DNA of 64,000 nt from Chiloscyllium plagiosum (Eukaryota), in the NCBI RefSeq assembly GCF_004010195.1, contig NC_057719.1, positions 44,062,475 through 44,126,474 on the forward strand, given 5' to 3'. The notes beneath the pieces are model-generated. The model was not told where the DNA came from, ran no database searches, and worked only from the letters and a program-made list of their open reading frames with translations. Positions within the stretch are counted from its first letter, which is position 1. Every line of letters begins with the position of its first letter. A program made the position numbers and the translations under genes. Positions 13,815 through 26,705 of the stretch are shown piece after piece.

Positions 13815-14695
13815 GAAGAACATTACTGTGCAGGAACAGACCCTTCGGCCCTCCAAGCCTGTGTCGATCCATATCCTCTAAATCTGCCATCTATTTTCTA
13901 AGGATCTGTATCTCTTTGCTCCCTGCCCATTCATGTATCTGTCTAGCTACATCTTAAATAACGCTATCATCCCCATTCTTGCCACCTCCGCTGGCAACGC
14001 ATTCCTGGCACCCACCACTTTCCACGTATATCTCCCCTAAACTTTTCCCCTCTCACATTTAACTCATGACACCTATTAGTTGAGTCCTCCACTCTGGGAA
14101 AAAGTTTCTTGCTGTCCACCCTGTCTACACCTCCTATGATTTTGTAGGCCTCATTCAGGTCCCCTCTCAACCACCTTCTTTGCAATGAAAATAATCCTAA
14201 TCTACTCAACCTCTCCTCATAGCTAGCACCCCCCATATCAGGCAACATCCTGGTGAACCTCTTCTGCACCCTCTCCAAAACATCCACATCCTTTTGGTAA
14301 TGTGGTTACCAGAACTGTACGCAGTATTCCAAATGTCCTACTTTTTAACTTGGTTCCTAACTCCCTAAATTGTTCATGTAGGACCCCATCCTGTTTTTTA
14401 CCTATACCATTGGGCTGATATGCACCACGACAACTGGCTGTTCACCCTCCCCCTTGAGAATTTTCTGCAGTTATCCAAGACACACCTGACCCGTGCACCT
14501 GAGAGGCAACATACCGTTCAGGAGTTTCATTTTCAACCACAGAAACATCTATCTACTCCCCCTGCAATGTAATCCCCTATGACTATAGCCCTTCCACTTT
14601 TTTTCCTGCCCTTCTGTACAGCAGAGCCAGCCATGGTGCCATGAACCTGGCTACTGGTGCCTTCCCCTGGTGAGCCATCTCCCCCAACAGTATGC
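13815..14695 (-). mobile_element. CR1 fragment (ORF2 C-terminus/3' end plus an ORF1-region piece)
   Basis: ORF 13967-14287 LERVQKRFTRMLP...LFSLQRRWLRGDL. The ORF1 assignment of 14340-14695 is weaker. Confidence 0.75.
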
Positions 14696-14919
14696 TGTAT
14701 TCAAAAAGTGAGGGAGGAAGATGCTAGAAAGCAGTATTAAAAACATTATTCAGGGCATTTAAGAAAAGTTCAAGGTAATTATGGATGGAAAATAGTAAAT
14801 GATTAATCAATAAATGTTGGTCTTGGCACCAATATATATTGCAGTTCATGTTTAAAAGAGATTGGTGAAATAATTTTGTGACATTGTTATTCAACAATTA
14901 CATTACTTATTGGTTATTG

Positions 14920-16250
14920 CCATTTTTGAAAAATTATTTTCTACTGCAGAAAGTACATCTGTATTCTGATGGAGTGACCAAAAAGGAATAATTTCAAACA
15001 AGGGAGGAAAATATTCTTAAATATAAATTGTGTTTGCAGTGCTGAGCTATGTAAACAGCACTGGCACAATGATGAGCCATTTAAAGTTTAAATATCCTTT
15101 TGTTTTTTGAAATACAAAAGGCAAAAATGATATGGAACTGGCAGCATTTGTTTCTGTTAGCTCAAGAGAATGCAACATTCAATGTACTGAAAAATTAATG
15201 GAGCTGATAAGCCTTATGATCACTATGAACATATGAACCATAAGTGTCACTGAGGGCACAGGTTTTCATGCATTGATGAGTTTTGTAGAATTAGAACATG
15301 GTGCACATATGAGCTAGATAATAATGTCACATCTTGAGGCACACTATGAGTACTATATGAAGTCTTTGTGTAGAAACCAGAATATAAAATTTCAGTAGCT
15401 TTCACTACTAACAGCTGGACAGTATTAACAACAGAAAGCTTCATGACTGTAATTTGCCATTATACTGAGATTTGGAGGTTTTGACCTGTAGTTTTAGAAA
15501 CCAAAAGTATAATACAATGACAGAGCAGAAAACCTGGCTGAAAAGTGAAATAACAGAAAGACAGGGCCTTGCAGGCTCTGTCTTGGTTTATGTACATGAT
15601 AATGCAAGCAATATTATCCTTGCTAATCACCACAATATGTTACATGAGAATTTGGCAATTATTTTTCCTCATACTTCACAGATAACCATAAACAATGACT
15701 TTTCTTCAGGTAGGGTGGAGTGTACTATTCAGGCTGCAGACAGACGAATTACACAATACCATCACAGCACCATGGCAATAAAAACACTTAAAACGAAACA
15801 AATAATTCCAGGTTGAATGACACCAGCTGATACGGTCTTGTAAAACACTTTGGAATTTGTTATATGACATGTTCACAATGAGCAAGGGTGGGCCGTAATA
15901 GCTGCACTTTCATTTAGCTCAACAATAAGACAACCTTAAGCCCAAATATTTCAACTTCAAGATGAGTAGTAACAACTAACTGAGGACATCTTACTATTGC
16001 TTTCCACTTTAAACAGATGGATCTGCTGAGGGCAGATTTAATTTCAAATATTTATTCAATTGCAACTGTTCTCCAAACACACCTCTGCATTGCAACTCCT
16101 GATGGAAATGGACAAATCACTAATTTCAAGGCTGCTGTTTAAAAGTCTCTGAAACCTCACATGAAATCAAACGTTCCTGCCATAATTGCCATACCCCTGT
16201 TTACTACCTCTTTATTAAACCCATCCGTAAACACATGATTTATTTCACCT
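14920..16250 (+). pseudogene. Fossil hAT (Ac/ZBED1-like) transposase
   Basis: Motifs in the expected order across frameshifts: BED-finger-like LSYVNSTGTMMSHLKFKYP (~15040-15100), WTVLTTESFMTVICHY (~15415-15465), VHDNASNI, YHHSTMA and LIRSCKTLWNLLYDMF (the TRWNS motif, ~15830-15875). Confidence 0.8.
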
Positions 16251-16289
16251 ACTGTCCAGATCACTGCAAAATCAAAGCTTCTGCAATTT

Positions 16290-17275
16290 ACATTGATGGT
16301 TACAGTTGACCAGAAACTCAACTGTGCTAGTTATATAAGTACTGTGACTACCACAGCAGGCCAGAGTCTAAGACCTTGCAATAAAGTGACTCACCTTTTG
16401 ACTCCCAAAGTCTGTGCTCCATCCACAAGTCAGGAATGTGATGGAGTACTCCCCAGTTGCCTGGATAAGTGCAGCCCCAATAACACTTGAGAAGCCTGAC
16501 CTTATTCAGGACAAAGTAGCCACTTGGTTGGCACCACATCCACAACATCCCTTCCTTCACAACTGATACTCAATAGCAGCAGTGTGCACTATCTACAAAA
16601 CATACTACACAAGAAATTCACCGACATACCTCAGATAGCACCTTCCAAACTATGACCAGCATCGTAGAATCCCTACAGTGCGAAAATAGGCCATTCAGCC
16701 CATTAAGTCTGCAGTGACCCTCTGTACAGCACCCCACCAGACCCACACCCCCACCCAATGCATGTAAATCCACATATACCATGGCAAATCCACCTAGCCT
16801 GCACATCCCTGGACGTTACAGGGCAATTTACCATGACCAATCTACCTCACCTGCACATCTTTGACTGTGGGAGGAAACCGGAGCACATGGTGGGACCCTA
16901 TGCAAACATGGGGAGAACGTACAAACTACCGACTACAATCATCTAAGGCTGGAATCGAACCTGGGTCCTTCATGCTGTGAGGCAGCAGTGCTAAACACTG
17001 AGCCATTGTGCTACCCCTACCATATCATCAAGAAGGGAAATGGCAACAGATACATAGGAATATCACCACTTGCAAATTCCCCTTCAAACCACTTGTCATC
17101 CTGACTTGGAAATACATCAGCGTTCCTACAGTGTTGCTGGATTAAAATCTTTGAATTCCCTCCCTAATGGACTGTAGCAGTAGAAGAAGGCAGCTCATCA
17201 GCACCTACTCAAAGGAATAGGAAATAAATGCTGGCCCAGCCACTGGCACCCACATTCCATGAATGAATACAAAAA
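16290..17275 (+). mobile_element. 3' end of the CR1/L2-group LINE (same family as 1960-4882), interrupted by a SINE
   Basis: Homologous to 4370-4882. Confidence 0.8.
16661..17016 (-). mobile_element. HE1-like V-SINE
   Basis: Reverse complement of the HE1 head, core and tail; diverged. Confidence 0.85.
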
Positions 17276-17559
17276 AATGTGCAAAGTTAGAAAAAATGCC
17301 ACAGAACAGTAATTTTTTTTTGCAAAGGCATTAATAACAATGTTTGAAGATTTTAAATAAGACCCTGTTGCAATTGTTTTGATAGAACTATCCATTGCTT
17401 TTTATCATTTTTGGTGAGTATAACAAAAATTAGAGAGCTTAAAGAAATATATCAATAATTTATTTTTAGTAATCACACTAATGATATTTAAACAGTTAAC
17501 CAATATAGTAGTACCGGCTTAAATGCATACCTTTTAAACAATACTTACATCCTATATAT

Positions 17560-19630
17560 AATCAGGCAGAAGCTTTATGAAAGGCAAATCATGTTGATAC
17601 AATTCTTTGGAGTTCTTTTGAAGCAGAATGCATTGTGGATAAAGGGGAACCTGTGAATGTACTTTGCTTAGAGAGGTAGAAGGCATTTGATAGAGTTGTG
17701 GTATAGGAGTAGCATGTGGGAAAGAATAGAAAACAGGCTTGTTAACAGCAAGTGGAGAATAGGGAATAAATGGGGCTTCTTCTGGTTGGCAAGGTACAAT
17801 GAATGGTGTGCCAAAGGGATTAGGATTAGATCTGGCATCAGCTTTTTATAAATAAATAAATTTGATGAAGGGACTGAAAGTACAGTTACTAAATTTTCTG
17901 ATGACACAAAGATAGTTAGGAAAATAACTTATGAAGAGTATATAAGAAGGTTGAATGGGTGTCTTGTAGATGATTTCCTCCTCAACCTGTTGTGAGATGA
18001 TATTATATACCTTTGGAATAGGTGGACTTGAACCCAAATCTCCTGGCACAGAGATAGTGACTCTACTACTCTGCAAATTGCATCCTAATGCAAATAGAAT
18101 GTAACGTGGGAAACTGAATCTGTCCATTTTGGCATCAAGAATAAAAAGGAAGTATATTATCTAAATGGTAAAAGATTGCAGAGTTCTGAGATGCAGATAG
18201 GTAGAATATAGAACATTACAGCGCAGTACAAGCCCTTTGGCTGTGCCACCCTGTGGAACCAATCTGATGCCCATCTAACCTACACTATTCCATTCTCATC
18301 CATATGCCTATCCAATGACCATTTAAATGCCTGTAAAGTTGGCGAGTCTACAACAGTTGCAGGCAGTGCATTCCACACCCCTTCTACTCTCTGAGTAAAG
18401 AAACTACCTCAGGCATCTGACCTATATCTATCACCCCTCAATTTGAAGCTATGCTCCCTCATGCTAGCCATCACCATACAACGAAAAAGGCTCTCATTGT
18501 CCACTCAATCTAACCCTTTGGTTATTTTATATGTCTCAATTAAGTCACTTCTCAACCTTCTCTTTAATGAAAACAGCCTCAAATCTTTCAATCTTTTCTT
18601 GTACGACCTTCTCTCCATACCAGGCAACATCCTAGTAAATCTCCTCTGATCCCTCACTCCCATGCCTCCGTAGTTTGTGCAGTCATCTACAGTGGGGACC
18701 TTATCAAATGTCTTACTGAAATCCATATACACCACATCAATGGCTTTACCCTCATCCACCTGTTTGGTCAACTTCTCAAATAACTCAATAAAGTTTGTGA
18801 GGCACAACCTACCCTTCACAAAACTGTTTTGACTATCCTCAATCAACTTATTCCTTTCTAGATGATTATAAATCCTATCTCTTGCAACCTTTTCCAACAC
18901 TTTATCCACAACTGAAGTAAGGCTCACTGGTCGATAATTACCAGGGTTGTCTCTACTCCCCTTCTTGAACAAGGGAACAACACTTGCTATAATCCAGTCT
19001 TCTGATACTATTCCTGTAGACAATGACAACATAAAGATCAAAGCCAAAGGTTTGACAATCTCCTCCCTGCCTTTCCAGAGAATCTGAGGTTAAATCCCAT
19101 CTGACCCAAAGGATTTATCTATTTTCATGCTTTCCAAAAGTTCTAACACCTCCTCCTTGTGAACCTCAATCCTACCTTGTCTAGTATGTTGTTTATCAGT
19201 ATGTTCCTTGACAACATTGTCTTTTTCCAATATGAATACTGACGAAAAATATTCATTTAGCGCTTTCCCTATCTCCTCTGGCTCCATGCACAACTTGCCA
19301 TGGCTGTTCTTGATAAGCCCTAATCTTACTGTAGTCATTCTTTTATGCCTTATTTACCTATAGATCTGATATTCCTGCATGAACTGCAAAAATTAGAATG
19401 CTGGTACATTAAACAATGAAACAATATTATTGTATATTGTGAGGGGAATTGAAGATTATTCTTCAGTTACACAGGGCATTGATGAGACAGATTCTTGATA
19501 ATTTTCAGCCCTTTTTTTATCAGGGTGGACAGAAATGTGGAATAATCCAATCAGCCATGATCTTACTGAAAGGTGGAGGAGGCTTGAGGGGCCAAGTAGC
19601 TTACTCCTGCTCCTAATTTGTATGCTCACA
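17560..19630. mobile_element. Old plus-strand CR1 interrupted by a younger minus-strand CR1 (~18204-19362, internally deleted)
   Basis: ORF 18505-19047: VPLFKKGSRDNPGNYRPVSLTS...YMDFSKTFDKVP joined to RFTRMLPG. Confidence 0.85.
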
Positions 19631-20385
19631 TGTGAATATTGCCTGTGTAGTATTATTCAGTGGATTAATTGCATTTAGTTTAACCAACACATTAGCTACA
19701 ACGAAGTCAATTATCCATTTGTCATTTGTAATGTTTCAATATACATGAAAGGCCAAAAAAAGCTAGAACTTCTTAAAACGAATGGAACTGAAAGCAGAAA
19801 GGTCACCAAGCCCTGTGATTGAATATGAATTAAAGAAGGAAGTCAAGAAGGAGATAATGAAGCCATGCGACATAATCTTCCAGAAGCTTTGAAAACAAGA
19901 ATTTTGCCAAAGTACTGGAGACCAGAAAGGATTATATTCATGATAAAGAAAAGGAAAAGGAATTAGCCAAATAATAGAGGCCAACAAATTTTACTTTAGT
20001 TCTGGGTAAATGTCCAGAGTCTATAAAATATGCTAATCAGGGACAAGGATCATGATTTTGAAAGGGTACTTTTAATTACTTGAATTGAATATCTTGAAGT
20101 AGTTAGAGTGTAAATGTTAAAAAAAATTGTTGCTATGGAGGTTGTACACATAGACTTCAAGAAAATATGATATCACATTAAAGAGCCAAAACACACTAAC
20201 TCGTTGTTCTTGGAACAGATGAGGCCAAGGTGGGACATATTAGAATTAACAAAACTTGGAAAAGTAAACAAAGAAGTTGCTTGCATTGGTTGAACAATTG
20301 ATAACAAAGAGATGTATTATCATAAGTAATGGGTGTTAAAATATTTTCATTCAACAGGGCATTAGAACATGGAATGCTTTACCAT

Positions 20386-20918
20386 CAATTCTGGTCTCCT
20401 TCCTATTGGAAGGATGTTGTGAAACTTGAAAGAGTTCAGAAATGATTTACAAGGATGTTCCAGGGTTGGAGGATTTGAGCTATAGGGAAAGGTTGAATAG
20501 GCTAAGGCTTTTTTCCCTGGAGCGTCAGAGGCTGAGGGGTGACCTTATCAAGGTTTATAAAATCGTGAGGGGCATGGATAGGATAAATAGACAAAGTCTT
20601 TTCCCTGGGGTGGGGGAGTCCAGAACTAGAGGGCATAGGTTTAGGGTGAGAGGGGAAAGATATAAAAGAGACCTAGAGGGCAACTTGTTCACAGAGAGGT
20701 TGGTGCGAAATGGAATGAGCTGCCAGAGGAAGTGGTGGAGGTTGGTACAGTTGTAACTTTTAAAAGGCATCTGGATGGGTATATGAATAGGAAGGATTTG
20801 GAGGGATATAGGTCAAGTTCTGGCAGGTGGGACTAGATTGGGTTGGGATATCTGGTCAGCATGAATGAGTTGGACTGAAGGGTCTGTTTCCATGCTGTAC
20901 ATCTCTATGACTCTATGA
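20386..20918 (+). mobile_element. CR1 (HER1-like) 3' end
   Basis: Near-identical to 11600-12131; tail ctctatgactctatga. Confidence 0.92.
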
Positions 20919-21625
20919 TCTTGGCTACTCAAGAAGGGACAATAATAATTTTTTTAAAAACTGGATAAATACTGGAAATGGATATACAAAAGCAAAAGGG
21001 TGGTCGGTTCTTCTAGTTGAAGAACTACCATTTGCACAAACCGCAAATTAAATGATTCTGTAATTCTACTTTATTTGCAAGCGTGGCAGAATTTACATTT
21101 TCAATTAGAAAAAGGATCAAAATATATAAATGCAACATGAAATCACAGCTGTCCACTCAAGCTAACACAAAAGCATCACTGCTTAGCTCATTTTTCTCTA
21201 CAGTTGTCTGGCTATAGTGAAGGGATATCTTTACGATAAGGAGGTCTACTTTCAATCAGAATGTGACCATAAATTATACAAGCATTACAATCCAGGCTGA
21301 GCATTCCTTCATACAACCTAAGTGCAGGCCCTGTAACAGCCATTTCATTAAAAAAAACTGCCACAATTTTTACAATTATGCCTTCAGGGTAAAAAAACAC
21401 TTGCCAAGAGAGAACATTAAAACATCTAATAGTCATACTGTGCAACTGAAAAATATATTTTGTTCATAATATCTGACATTTTGAAGGCAATGTAGTTACA
21501 AATTGCACTTAAATCATTCATATGAAAGATTACAACCCATGATTTCACTGCACATGAAAATTTGTATGCATCATACTAAGATGTATTGTATATCTCTAAA
21601 GTTACAGACTCTTTCTTCCACTTAC

Positions 21626-21719
21626 CTAGTGTTTGATAACCATCATCTCCTGAGAAATTCCCTTCAATAGTAGTCGACAAGGTAAAAATTAATGCTTCTT
21701 TAAACTGTTCAAAATGTAC
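21626..21719 (-). CDS. NIN: Ninein, second coding exon (94 nt, phase 0 to 1)
   Basis: Acceptor tttttgcag|GTA at 21720/21719 and donor G|gtaagt at 21626/21625. Translation VHFEQFKEALIFTLSTTIEGNFSGDDGYQTL continues the previous exon in frame and matches ninein VHFDQFKEALILILS. Confidence 0.93.
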
Positions 21720-22514
21720 CTGCAAAAAATATAGCAAAGTGTCAAATTGATAAATTAAAAGCAAAACCCAACTACAAATATTTGTAAAGTATAGATCTGA
21801 GAATGTTACAAAGTGGTGATATGCAAAACTGACACATTCAAACTCTTGCCCACTTCTCTGATATCTAAATTGACTATAAAATTGTCTTTGAAGTTAAATA
21901 TTCTACAAGATTTAATTTTGGCAATAAGGATGTGTGTGTGCATTTGCTCATGCGCGCACACAGAAAGGTGAGTAAATATGGCAACATTTCTATTTTGCAA
22001 AGGTCCTCAAAACATTTGTTTTACTTTTCATCTTACCACCATGCATTTAATATCTCTACATTTCCACTACTTATTAATCTTACATTTCAAAACAACACCA
22101 CAGTACCCAAAACACTTGTGAGAAAAATGAGATGTATCCAGTCAGCAGAGTTGCTTTAGAAACTTTATTGTCTTTTGTTACAGTGAAAAAAATAAATTGA
22201 TCAGAATTAAATTGATGCTTTACATTATATATTCATAGTGGCTAAAATACAGACCAAACTTAGCAGGTTGGATGGCCCATAACTTAATGTTGAATGATGC
22301 CTAGCAGATATCTAGAAATTAGTAACCAGAAAGAAAGGCTCAAAGTACCATTAAATCGAGATCAAGTCTTTATAAAAGAGTATAGCATTACTGTTAAAAA
22401 GACAATACTTTGGTCTCAAATTATGCCAATGTCCTAAAGCTTGTGTAGAAGTATTTGAGGACTGGGAAATAACCCAATGATTGCAAGAATCCCTTGTACT
22501 GAAATAAATTAATC

Positions 22515-25002
22515 TTTATTAAAAATTTGTTCATGAGTTGAGGGTGTTGCTGTCTAGGCAAGCATTTGTTAACCATCCCTAATTGCACAGATGGCAGTTA
22601 GAAGTCAAATATATTAGAGTCATAGAGATGTACAGCATGGAAACAGCTGTACCAATTCGGCCATACCAACCAGATATCCTAACCCAATCTAGTCCCACCT
22701 GCCAGCACCTGGCCCAGATCACTCCAAACCTTCCTATTCATATACCCATCCAGATGTCTTTTAAATGTTGCAATTGTACCAGCCTCCACCACTTCCTCTG
22801 GCAGCTCATTCCATATACGTACTACCCTCTGATTGAAAAAGTTGCCTCTTAGGTTTCTTTTATATCTTTCCCCTCTCACCCTAAACCTATGACCTCTAGT
22901 TCAGGACTCCCCCATTCCGGGGAAAAGACTTTGTCTATTTATCCTATCCATGCCCCTCATGATTTTATAAACCTCGATAAGGTCACCCATCAGCCTCTGA
23001 CGCTCCAGGGAAAACAGCCCTACCCTATTCAACTTCTCCCTGTAGCTCAAATCCTCCAACCCTGGAAACATTCTTGCAAATCTTTTCTGAATCCTTTCAA
23101 GTTTCACAACATCTTTCTGATAGGAAGGAGACCAGAAATGCATAAAATATTCCAAAAGTGGCCTAACCAATGTCCTGTACAGCCACAACATGAGCTCCCA
23201 ACTCCTGTACTCAATACTCTGACCAATAAAGGAAAGCATACCAAATGCCTTCTTCACTATCCTTTCTAATGGCAATTCCACTTTCAAGGAGCTATGAACC
23301 TGCACACCAAGGTCTCTTTGTTCAGCAAAACTCCCCAGGACCTTACCATTAAGTGTATAAGTCCTGCTATGATTTGCTTTCCCAAAATGCAGCACTTCGC
23401 ATTTATCTAAATTAAACTCCATCTGCCACTTCTCAGCCCATTGGCCCATCTGATCAAGATCTCGTTGTAATCTGTGGTAATCTTCTTCACTGTCCACTAC
23501 ACCTCCAATTTTGGTGTCAGCAACAAATTTATTAACTATACCTTGTATGCTCACATCTAAATCATTTATATAAATGATGAAAAGTAATGGTCACAGGCCT
23601 CCAGTCTGAAGAATAACCTTCCACCACCACCCTCTATCTTCTACTTTTGAGCGAGTTCTGTGTCCAAATGGCAGGTTCTCCCTGTATTCAGTGAAATCTA
23701 ACCTTGCTCACCAGTCTCCCATGCAGCTCCACACAAAGGCTGCCTTGCTGATTTTTGAGGAGCCCTATTCTCTCCCTACTTACCCTTTTGTCCTTAATGT
23801 ATTTGTAAAAACACTTTGGATTCTCCTTAATTCTATTTGCCAAAGCTATCTCATGTCCCCTTTTTGCCCTCCTGATTTCTCTCTTAAGCATACTCTTACC
23901 GCCTTTATACTCTTCTAAGGATTCACTCATTCTATCCTGTCTACACCTGACATATGCTTCCTTCTTTTTCTTAACCAAACCCTCAATTTCTTTCGTCTTC
24001 CAGCATTCCCTATATCTACCAGCCTTTCCTTTCACCCTAACAGGAATATACTTTCTCTGGATTCTCATTATCTCATTTCTGAAGGCTTCCCATTTTCCAG
24101 CCATCCCTTTACCTGCGAACATCTGCGCCCAGTCAGCTTTTTAAAGTTCTTGCCTAATACCGTCAAAATTGGCCTTTCTCCAATTTAGAACTTCAACTTT
24201 TAGATCTGGTCTGTCCTTTCCATTTTATCCTATTTTAAAACTAATAGAATTATGGCCGTTGGCCCCAAAGTACTTCCCCACTGACACCTCTGTCATCTGC
24301 TATGCCTTATTTCCCAAGAGTAGGTCACCTTCTCTATTAGATGCATCCACATATGAATCAGAAAACTATATTGTACACACTTAACAAAATCCTCTTCATC
24401 TGAACCCTTAACACAATGGCAGTCCCAGTCTACGTTTGGAAAGTTAAAATCCCCGACCATAACCACCCTATTATTCTTACAGATAACTGAGATCTCCTTG
24501 TTTCTCAATTTCCCTCTGACTATTAGGGGGTCTATAATACAATCCCAATAAAGTGATCATCCCTTTCTTATTTCTCTGTTCTCTCCAAATAACTTCTTTG
24601 GATTATTTCTGGGAATATCCTCCCTATGTACAACTGTAATGCTATCCCTTATCAAAAACGTCATTCTCCCTCCTCTCTTGCCTCCCTCTCTGTCCTTCCT
24701 GTAGCATTTGTATCCTGGAACATTAAGCCGCCAATCCTGTCCATCCCTGAGCCACATTTCTGTAATTGCTATGATATTCCAGTCCCATGTTCCTAACCAT
24801 GCCCTGAGTTTTGGGGTCTGGAGTCATATGAGGCCAGGCAAGGTAGGGACAGCAGATTTCCTTCCTAAAGGACATCCCTGAAACAGATGGGTTATCACCA
24901 AAATTGACAGTGGTTATATGGTCACAATTAAGCTACTTTTACCCCATAACAATAACCCGATCTCTGGATTAAAAGCTAAGTAACATTACCATTATGCCAC
25001 CA
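22515..25002 (-). mobile_element. tRNA-derived SINE with LINE-derived tail, split by the CR1 at 22615-24810
   Basis: Head ggtggcataatggtaatg at ~24985-25002 (minus). The tail at 22515-22585 matches the LINE end at 4810-4880. Confidence 0.6.
22615..24810 (-). mobile_element. CR1 (HER1-like) LINE, ORF2 endonuclease and RT, with internal deletions
   Basis: ORFs 22901-23554 (KFVADTKIGG...LVRPLLEY), 23688-24122 and 24293-24508 (VGDFNFP). Same subfamily as 52663-55655. Confidence 0.93.
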
Positions 25003-25044
25003 TTAATTAATTAATTAGTTACTTAATTGTTGATCTATATTAAA

Positions 25045-26225
25045 AGCAAATGGCTCTGGAAATAGTGGATGCATTAGTGGTCATCCTTAAAGATTCTACA
25101 GAATCTGGAACATTCCTATGAATCAAAGGTGTCTAACATAGCCTCACTATTTAAAAAGTGAGCTAGAGAGAAAACAGAATTATAAACTGGCTAGCCTGAC
25201 CTCAATATTGGGGAAAATGCTAGAGACTATTATAAAATATTTAACAGCAGACTACTTGGAAAACCATGACAGGATTGGACAGAGTCAGTATAGATTTACA
25301 AAAGTGAAATCGTGCTAGACAAATCTACGGAATTGTTCAAAGGTGCAAATAAAAGAGTTAATTGGGGGGAGCCAGTGGATTAGGCTTATTGGACTTCTTG
25401 AAGACTTTCAATAAGGTTTCTGATAACGGATTAACATACAAAATTAAAGTGCATGGGACCAGGGGTTGCTTATTGTGATGAATAGTGAACTGGCTGGCAG
25501 ACAGGAAACAAAGAGTAGGAATAAATGGTCTTTTTCTAAAAAGCAGGATGTGACTTGTTGGGTCTAAGCATCAGTGCTTAGACCAGCTATTTCAAGAGAT
25601 ATTGATGACCTAGATGACAGAACTAATTGTAATATCTCCACATTTGCATACAACACAAAATTGGGTGGAACAATGCACTGTGAGAAGATGCAGAAAAGCT
25701 TCAGTGTAATTTGGACACTTTGGCCGAGTAGGCAAATGGATGGCAGATAAAGTACAATGTAGAAAAAATGTGTAATTATCCACCTTGTAGTGAAAAAAAC
25801 AGGAAGGCAGTTTATTATCTGAATAGTGATAAATTGAGAAAGGTGGAGATACAGCCTGAGATAGATTGGGAAAGATGGCGGTATTATATGACATGCAGTC
25901 CTTGTATACCAGTTGCTGAAAGTCAGCATGCAGGTGCAACAGGCAGTAAAGAAGCCAAATGGTGAGGTCAGGCTAACTTTCCTGTAATTCTTTGTTTTCT
26001 CTCTAGCTCCTTTTTAAAAGTAATGATGGGATTCAAGTAACAGGAGCAGGGATGTTTTGCTGCAATTGTACAGGGACTTCGTAAGACCATACCTAGAATA
26101 CTGTATGCAGTGTTGGTTCCTTACCCAAGGAAACATGGTCCGGCTATTAAGGGATTGCAACACAGGTTTATTAGACTGATTCCTGGGAATGGAACGACTC
26201 CTGCGCTTATTTTCTATGTTTCTAA
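25045..26225 (+). mobile_element. Older CR1 RT fragment
   Basis: Degenerate CR1 RT motifs and a 3' tail tttctatgtttcta. Confidence 0.75.
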
Positions 26226-26589
26226 ACTAAGCTAATGATCTAGAAGGCAGTTCCATGAAATACATGTTTTATTTGAACATTGCTGCAATGTGGATCAAAT
26301 TACTATTCCGTTCTCAGTGGATCAAGACGGCAATGACATGCGTTTGATTTTCTGAATTCAATTTGCAACTCTATGTCCTAAAAAAGCATAGGACACAGTA
26401 AAGGCTAGGTGCAATGCAGCTACCACTTGCAAATGACCTGTTTAGAAATTCACCTTTCATTTTTCTCAGAGCAAAAACCCTCCACCACATACTGGAGGTG
26501 AAACTGCTGAAGAATCATCAGAGAAATCATTGCTGATTACTGTGCAAAAGGATTTTACAAAAATACTGCTCAACTTCAATAATACAAAG

Positions 26590-26705
26590 TTTTGAAGAAG
26601 TCACTGGACCTGAAACTTTAACTATGCTTTCTTTCCATAGATGCTGCCAGACCTATTGAGCTTTTCCAGCAATTTCAGTTTTTTCATTTCCACAGTTCTT
26701 TCATT
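26590..26705 (+). mobile_element. Old PLE pLTR remnant
   Basis: tgaagaagtcactggacctgaaac...gatgctgccagacc...tccagca resembles the PLE ends elsewhere in the window. Confidence 0.55.

Noticed and set aside
21190..21300. Plus-strand acceptor tttttctctacag with a short open frame
   Set aside because: No donor, no recognisable protein and no other support for an antisense gene.
1..21625. Third NIN coding exon (…GGKRYGRRS…)
   Set aside because: I scanned the non-repeat stretches for RYG-coding patterns on the minus strand and found none. The DGRGYLRG frame near 7700 does not match and hits a stop.
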